Source: Endomicrobiia bacterium
GTDB taxonomy: Bacteria > Elusimicrobiota > Endomicrobiia > DTEH01
NCBI GenBank assembly: GCA_025059805.1
Contig: JANXDG010000030.1
Span: 10,646 to 74,645 of the forward strand
Direction: 5' to 3'
Length of the DNA stretch: 64,000 nt
Shown here: piece after piece, positions 58,463 to 64,000 of the stretch
How positions within the stretch are numbered: the first letter of the stretch is position 1
Layout of the letters: every line of letters starts with the position of its first letter
The notes under the pieces: model-generated
What the model was told of the DNA's origin: nothing
The model's database searches: none
What the model saw: only the letters and a program-made list of their open reading frames with translations
Position numbers and translations under genes: made by a program

Positions 58463-59989
58463 CTATTTACGAAGTGGTGATTCAGTATGTGCAAAATATA
58501 ACCACGCGGTCGGTGCTACACCATACATCGTTGTGTGCCAGATACCACCCTGGTGAAACCTTTCATGAGAATGTTGTAGTGCACCATCCTCACGTTGTTG
58601 ACGATTAATATTATCAAGGTAAAACTGTGCATTTCTGCCTCCAGCACAAACATATTGTAGTGTCCCCTCATTCCATACTGTGAACGGTCCAGAAGTATCA
58701 AACCCAACTATTCTATCATCAAAAGTTGTACATTTCAAATTTTCCTCGGCAAATGATAAAGCCCAACGTGCTTTCTCCTCTTCACCTATAGCTTTCAAAA
58801 ATTCTGCACCCCAAGTTTGTGGATCTAAATAAACTTCAGGATTATTTCTTCCGGTATTAAAACGTTTTTCGGTTTCGTTCCATAAGTTTGACAGTATAAA
58901 ATTTTTAACTCGCTCTGCTTCAGTATGATATCCGTTGTAAAAAAATGCCCACCAACAATCAAGATTACCTTCTGTAGAATCGTGAATGGAACCATCTTCG
59001 TGCATTTTAGATTTTAACCATTCACACGCTTTTTTCGCAACCGGGAGATATTCTACATCATTTGTAATCCTTGAATATTTTGCAATTGCAAACGACATCC
59101 ACGCTACTGAACCTATCCATAGATTATCTGTTGCTGGCTCACAGGATGTAGATATATAACCATCGTACCAGGAACCGTCAGGATTCTGTAATTTTGCAAA
59201 CACCGCAAGAAGTTTTTTTGCTGCTGTCTTATCTTCATGTGCAAAAACCAAAAGTGCTAACGCTTGATCATAAGTCCATGCGTAGGCTGGCTCCTCGTTT
59301 TCAAACGAAGCAACAAGTCCAGTATCTTTTTGTTGCTTTTTAATCCATTGTGCAGCTTTCTTAGCTATTGATGGATTTTTCTTTACAGTATAAAATTTTT
59401 CCTGTGGAACTTTTGGTAATTTAACTTTAGGTGGTGATTTAAAAAATGTAAGGTCATCAATCAAGACATATCCTTTTTGACTGCGAAGACCTGTTACTGC
59501 GAAATACACTTTTTTTATATTAGCAGTGTCAAGGTTTTTATCACTTCCGCCCCAGAAGTATTCAAGATCACTATAAAGTAGTTTTATCTCTTTCCAATTA
59601 CTGAGCGAGGTAATATCACTAAAAGTTTTTCCATACACAGTACCGTCCATATCTTCAATCTTAAATTGTAGATTCGCAGGTTCACCACCACCACGTAAGA
59701 AAAACTTTATACTATTATATTCTGAAATGTCTTTATAAAAACTTTTTTCTATCTGTGCCCACCGACCTTTATTCCCAAGTTCAAAAACTATTTTTATAGC
59801 ATTATCTTTGATCCCTTTATCTAAGAAAATTTTTATCTTACTACCTTGAGGTTTATTCATTTCTTCTGCTGAAGCTGTCCATAGAAACAAACTTTCCATA
59901 CTATCAACAAAATCAGCAGTTAAGAATTTTGTACTGCTAAACCAAAGAAATATTATTACAACAGTTAATTTTTTAGTTTTGCTCAACAT
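58463..59989 (-). CDS. Secreted protein: N-terminal CBM-like beta-sandwich (EYFWGGSD repeat type) + C-terminal (alpha/alpha)6-barrel-like putative glycanase
   Basis: Signal peptide. The N-terminal domain shares the LxYWWGGD motif with the tandem domains of 62731..63771. The C-terminal YDQALALLVFAHED and W-rich helices suggest an (alpha/alpha)6 toroid. Confidence 0.5.
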   Translation of the reverse strand: MLSKTKKLTVVIIFLWFSSTKFLTADFVDSMESLFLWTASAEEMNKPQGSKIKIFLDKGIKDNAIKIVFELGNKGRWAQIEKSFYKDISEYNSIKFFLRGGGEPANLQFKIEDMDGTVYGKTFSDITSLSNWKEIKLLYSDLEYFWGGSDKNLDTANIKKVYFAVTGLRSQKGYVLIDDLTFFKSPPKVKLPKVPQEKFYTVKKNPSIAKKAAQWIKKQQKDTGLVASFENEEPAYAWTYDQALALLVFAHEDKTAAKKLLAVFAKLQNPDGSWYDGYISTSCEPATDNLWIGSVAWMSFAIAKYSRITNDVEYLPVAKKACEWLKSKMHEDGSIHDSTEGNLDCWWAFFYNGYHTEAERVKNFILSNLWNETEKRFNTGRNNPEVYLDPQTWGAEFLKAIGEEEKARWALSFAEENLKCTTFDDRIVGFDTSGPFTVWNEGTLQYVCAGGRNAQFYLDNINRQQREDGALQHSHERFHQGGIWHTTMYGVAPTAWLYFAHTESPLRK

Positions 59990-61502
59990 AAAATTCCTCC
60001 ATCTCTAAGATTTTTTTAATCTTTTTACCGAACTTTGATTTACTTATACGTCTCGGTATAATATTATTATTAAGATAGTTATTTATAGCAATAAAACTCA
60101 TTGCTTGGTCAAGCAATAAATACTTTTTTGTAACTTCGCCAGTCTCAAGATTTACAGAATCGTAAAAACCATATTCACCATAAATTCCTGGATATACTTC
60201 TAACATTTTCCTTAAATTTTTTATTGCCTCCTCAGGTAGAACCATAAGTGCTAAAAATGATGCATGTGGTGTTACGACACCGTCATTATACCCTTTCGCA
60301 CCAATCTCTGGAACGCCAAACTCACCATATCTATCTGGCAAACTACATGGTGACATACCCCATACGGGATAATTTTTCTTTTGCGCATATTTTATATGTG
60401 CTAATACATAGTTTTTATTATTTATTGCAAAACTTTTTTTAGCCCAGTTTTGTTCATCTATCACCATAAGTGGCATTAATGCTTCAAACATACTGCCACC
60501 CCAGGATGGTACAACTTTTAATTCTTCATATTCATAATATCCTTCAAAAACCTTTATTTTGTCGGGTTTTATCAAACCAATTTTTAACAACAGATTTTTC
60601 TTATTCAAAATATGTTCTTCTCCTGAAATCTTAGCAACATAGTAAAACTTATTTCCACCTTTTGGCCTTTGTTTCTGCCATGACCAGTTTTTAGGTAACA
60701 CACGATGTATCTTAAACCAATGTTTCAGTGGAACATCACCTTTCGCTATTGCAAGTAAGGAAATTGTTCTTGCTTCAGTATTCAACATACCATAGTGATA
60801 GTCTGAGTATTTCTGTTCTTTCACATTATATCCGTGATACATTAATCCTTCCTTCTCATCATAGAAAAATTTGAAATTACTTCTTTTAAGTATTTTTTCA
60901 ACTTTGGGTTTAAACTCTGGAAACGTCTCTGCAACTACAATTAAACCCCAAATGTACCATCCGCTGTCAACAAAAGAAACAAAGTGTGTTGTACGCTCCA
61001 TTGTTGTGGTATCGTAATAGTTAAAATGGAAACCTTGAAACATTTCTCTTGTTTCAACAATACTTAAAGTTTTTTTAATACGACTGATAGCTTCGTCCTT
61101 TGAAATAAGTCCTAAATCGTAGCCTGACACTATGGACAGGAAATACAAGCCGATATTAGTTATATTTGTATAATCACCAACAAACTTTTTTGGTCCAACT
61201 TGAATTGTATCAAGTGGCAAATGTGTATTTCTATCAACAATATTTATAAAAAACTTGAAAGTATCTGATGCTATCATAAGCAAAAACTCTCTATCATCCT
61301 GTGGAAATTGACGGTTAACTATTTCATTCTTAGGAAAATCATATAGATAGGTAACTAACACTTTTGCACGTTCTTCATCATCTTTAATCATATCAGTATA
61401 TTTCTTAATCCTTCTTTCACTAAAGGAGAATAGCTGTATAGATAATATTAACGATAAAAAAATGATGAACAAACTTTGTCTTATTATCACTGCTACAACC
61501 AT
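59973..61502 (-). CDS. Membrane-anchored/secreted (alpha/alpha)6-barrel-like protein, putative glycoside hydrolase (family uncertain; DUF3131/GH144-like?)
   Basis: N-terminal hydrophobic anchor, repeated aromatic-rich helical motifs and YLLLDQAMSFIAINNYL. The family assignment is not secure. Confidence 0.4.
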   Translation of the reverse strand: MVVAVIIRQSLFIIFLSLILSIQLFSFSERRIKKYTDMIKDDEERAKVLVTYLYDFPKNEIVNRQFPQDDREFLLMIASDTFKFFINIVDRNTHLPLDTIQVGPKKFVGDYTNITNIGLYFLSIVSGYDLGLISKDEAISRIKKTLSIVETREMFQGFHFNYYDTTTMERTTHFVSFVDSGWYIWGLIVVAETFPEFKPKVEKILKRSNFKFFYDEKEGLMYHGYNVKEQKYSDYHYGMLNTEARTISLLAIAKGDVPLKHWFKIHRVLPKNWSWQKQRPKGGNKFYYVAKISGEEHILNKKNLLLKIGLIKPDKIKVFEGYYEYEELKVVPSWGGSMFEALMPLMVIDEQNWAKKSFAINNKNYVLAHIKYAQKKNYPVWGMSPCSLPDRYGEFGVPEIGAKGYNDGVVTPHASFLALMVLPEEAIKNLRKMLEVYPGIYGEYGFYDSVNLETGEVTKKYLLLDQAMSFIAINNYLNNNIIPRRISKSKFGKKIKKILEMEEFYVEQN

Positions 61503-61506
61503 CTTT

Positions 61507-62631
61507 CTAACTATGAATTTCTAAAGTGAACGGATTAAACTTATGTTTTGCAAATATGTACCAGCATACAGCCGAAGTAAAACCTTTATTTACATCAACC
61601 CATTCATATCCACCAGAAGTGTTTGCTGTATACGGCAATGTTTTGACTTTAACACCGTTTAACTCCTTTTCTATTATTAGTTTCTCCATTTCTCTGACAT
61701 AAAAATCACCTTTCTCTGTATTTGCAACAGAGTAATAAGCACAAGCAATGTGTCCTAACCCGTCAATCCATATATTATCAACATTTGTAGGACCAGAAAA
61801 GAAACCTGTTACTGTTTTTCCATTGAATACCACTTGTTTTTTGTACCGTGTATCGTTTTCTACCAATTCTAAAAGATCTTTATAATCCTTACCAAATGCT
61901 AACACTCGCCATGTATAAAGGTCTAAAGGTAATCCCTTCTTCTTTTTCAACCTGTTATCTAACCATTTTTTAATATTTTTTGCAATTTTTTTCTCACCAC
62001 ATAATATTAACGCAGCATAACAGTCAATATTACCTTCTTCATGACCATAATTCTCATGAAGTTTAGTATCATCTCTACGCCAACCGTGTTGAATATACCC
62101 ACCAACCTTCGCTTGTTTATAGTAAGAAACCAACAAATCTTTGATCAATCCTGTAATCCTTAGGTATTTTTTACTTTTAAACTGTCTTTCATAAAACTTG
62201 TAAGCAAGTAACAACCATGCCATATCACCAATCCACCTGTCGCCACCATAAGTACCTTTAATCCTGTGATACCTTGGAACTTCGGCATCGTTAAGAAGTA
62301 CCTGTTGGTAAAACCCTCGTGGTTCACCTTTATAAAAAAAGTTTTGTAATGTAATATCTTCGTTATCAACAACTGTAGCTTCAGCATAAAAATCAAGAAT
62401 ACGTTCCGCACGTTCTTTCTCACCTTCAAGAATAAACGCCATTGCACACAGTGCATTATTAAACGTATGTGCATAATTATCTTCCATTGATGACAACAAC
62501 TTCTGTTCTTCTGAAGCAATATCTTGCAACACTTTTAAATAAGAAACTACCTCAGTACCATCAGGAAAAACGTTCTGGGCAATTAGGATAAAAAAACAAC
62601 ACAGCAAGAGCCCCCACTTTCTGATAACCAT
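61507..62631 (-). CDS. Secreted (alpha/alpha)6-barrel-like protein, putative glycanase or glycan-binding protein
   Basis: Signal peptide. NALCAMAFILEGE resembles the DQALALLVFAHED segment of 58463..59989. Confidence 0.4.
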   Translation of the reverse strand: MVIRKWGLLLCCFFILIAQNVFPDGTEVVSYLKVLQDIASEEQKLLSSMEDNYAHTFNNALCAMAFILEGEKERAERILDFYAEATVVDNEDITLQNFFYKGEPRGFYQQVLLNDAEVPRYHRIKGTYGGDRWIGDMAWLLLAYKFYERQFKSKKYLRITGLIKDLLVSYYKQAKVGGYIQHGWRRDDTKLHENYGHEEGNIDCYAALILCGEKKIAKNIKKWLDNRLKKKKGLPLDLYTWRVLAFGKDYKDLLELVENDTRYKKQVVFNGKTVTGFFSGPTNVDNIWIDGLGHIACAYYSVANTEKGDFYVREMEKLIIEKELNGVKVKTLPYTANTSGGYEWVDVNKGFTSAVCWYIFAKHKFNPFTLEIHS

Positions 62632-62730
62632 CTTTTTATATCCTCCGTGATTGTTAACTTCTTCTTTTAGACAGGGCTCGGATTTTAGACAATAAAAATA
62701 ATGACTATCTGTTACTGAAAACCTTAAAAA

Positions 62731-63771
62731 TTATTTCACTAATTGAAGTTTATCTATATAAATTGTTCCCTTACCGCCGTCAATAGTGCTAATTGCGAAG
62801 CCTATTTTCTCGGGTTGCTGTAGTTCTCCATCACCACCCCACCAGTATTCAAGTTCGTCAACAGAAATAGTAATCTCTTGCCACTTATTTTCCAAATCTT
62901 CAAACTTCTGACCAAATGTACTACCATCTTTATCTATGACCTTAAACTCTAAACGGTTATTACCACCTTCTGCTTTAACTAAGAATTTCAGAGTTTTTGT
63001 TTTTGTAAAATCAAGTTGAAATCGTTTGTTCCAAGCAACCCATTTACCTTCTTCTTCAGTAAGATCATACTGTGCTGCAAGAGCGTTACCATCTTTACCT
63101 GGAACATTCTTAAGTAAAAGTTTTGCACCTTCCGCTGTAAACACCTGCCAACCTCTTTTATCTTCGAAATCGTCAAGTACATCCGGTGATACCTTCTTTG
63201 TAATTGTCTTTCTTGGTAATTCGACTATCTCCAGATTGTCTATTTCTACAATTCCACTGCCTCCAACATTTTTGCTTACCGCAAAACCTATTCTAGTAAC
63301 GTCATTAATATTTTCATCGCCGCCCCACCAGTAAGAAAAATCGTCGTAATTAAGTGTTATATCTTGCCACTTTCCATCTGGTGATAAGAGCATCTTATTG
63401 CCAAAAACAGAACCGTCCTTGTCAATAAATTTTACTTCTAAATAATTCTCATTCCCGGTAGATTTCAAAGCAAATTTCCATACGAAATTCTCTGGTAGTT
63501 TCAAATTAGCAGTTTTCTCAAACGCAACCCAATCTTTGTCACCAAGATCATAGTCAACTTTCAATCCTGCACCGTCTTTACCCTGACCTTTTGAAAGTTT
63601 AATATTGCAACCTTCAGCTTTATATGTCTTCCACCCAGTTATAGTATCAAACTTTTCACTGTAATGTATGCCGGTTGCTGGCTGTGTATTTTGTTGTGTT
63701 TGTTGTTTTGTTTGACCAAATACTAATGATAAAGTTAACAACATTGTAATAAATATTATGGATTTGTTCAT
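62731..63771 (-). CDS. Secreted protein with two tandem CBM-like beta-sandwich domains (F/YWWGGD repeat type)
   Basis: Signal peptide plus a low-complexity QQTQQNTQ linker. Two about 150-aa repeats each end in ...DDFSYWWGGDENI / ...DELEYWWGGDGEL. Strong AGGAGG RBS 9 nt upstream of the ATG. Confidence 0.5.
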   Translation of the reverse strand: MNKSIIFITMLLTLSLVFGQTKQQTQQNTQPATGIHYSEKFDTITGWKTYKAEGCNIKLSKGQGKDGAGLKVDYDLGDKDWVAFEKTANLKLPENFVWKFALKSTGNENYLEVKFIDKDGSVFGNKMLLSPDGKWQDITLNYDDFSYWWGGDENINDVTRIGFAVSKNVGGSGIVEIDNLEIVELPRKTITKKVSPDVLDDFEDKRGWQVFTAEGAKLLLKNVPGKDGNALAAQYDLTEEEGKWVAWNKRFQLDFTKTKTLKFLVKAEGGNNRLEFKVIDKDGSTFGQKFEDLENKWQEITISVDELEYWWGGDGELQQPEKIGFAISTIDGGKGTIYIDKLQLVK

Positions 63772-63899
63772 ATTGTTTCTACCTCCTATTTAACAGAACT
63801 CTTACTTTTTCTCAATATTGTATAAATTTAGTCTCTCACCCCCTTTTCGTAAAATTTAAAATACCCACTTTCAGGTGAACATGAGAAAAACCTTCTATG

Positions 63900-63936
63900 T
63901 GACAACACAAATGTTTGTCAATGTTACGTCTGTCAA
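63900..63936 (-). promoter_or_regulatory. Candidate promoter (-35 TTGACA) overlapping a palindromic operator-like site TGACAA-N9-TTGTCA upstream of the CBM-protein gene
   Basis: Minus strand reads TTGACAGACGTAACATTGACAAACATTTGTGTTGTCACATAGAAGG. It contains two TTGACA hexamers and an inverted repeat TGACAA/TTGTCA, about 130 nt upstream of the ATG at 63771. Confidence 0.25.
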
Positions 63937-63945
63937 ATAGCAAAA

Positions 63946-63963
63946 GCAAGGTTAAAACCTTGC
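63946..63963 (-). terminator. Candidate rho-independent terminator hairpin for a gene upstream (beyond window end)
   Basis: Minus strand reads GCAAGGT-TTTA-ACCTTGC followed by TTTTGCTATTT, giving a 7-bp stem, 4-nt loop and U-rich tail. Confidence 0.3.
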
Positions 63964-64000
63964 CCTACATTTATAAATTATAGAGATTTTTAGCGGTCTC

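Noticed and set aside
58516-58707. Nested minus-strand ORFs 58516..58707, 62160..62519 and 62988..63182
   Set aside because: Out-of-frame ORFs inside longer, better-supported secreted-protein genes.
1-64000. CRISPR array or other periodic direct-repeat arrays
   Set aside because: Scanning the few intergenic regions and coding regions by eye found no spaced direct repeats. The Cas4-like gene has no cas neighbours.

Overview
This is an AT-rich (about 30% GC) bacterial chromosomal segment from a likely anaerobe, with every recognisable gene on the minus strand in a few very long, tightly packed and often overlapping transcription units. Going from high to low coordinates: a glycan-utilisation locus (about 47.9-63.8 kb), a GT4 glycosyltransferase, an orphan corrinoid iron-sulfur protein (AcsC) with its RACo-type activase and IlvE, then dnaE, a standard ComEC paralog, argB, an MGMT-domain protein and tRNA-Arg(ACG). 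Next are hypothetical proteins and a TIGR00725/LOG-like protein, SppA, Dtd, a SagB-type dehydrogenase, a ZIP transporter and aroE. The most unusual block (22.2-28.7 kb) follows: a 1132-aa ComEC with an embedded thermonuclease domain, a tandem Cas4-like Fe-S nuclease and a membrane-anchored MBL hydrolase, which I propose as an undescribed DNA uptake/processing module. After it comes a housekeeping super-operon (alkaline phosphatase, Aquifex-type aconitase, tmk, holB, ricT, an archaeal-type ThyA-like protein, aspS, phoH-pgpH-ybeY, two CNNM/CorC paralogs, mgtE, glyQ/glyS, an ExbD-like protein, ferredoxin-fused EtfAB and a partial C45-family acyltransferase). I found no CRISPR array, rRNA or obvious mobile element. 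The ORF track evidently uses TTG/GTG starts in places, so several starts are refined to internal ATG codons. All product calls rest on motif recognition by eye, not on database searches.
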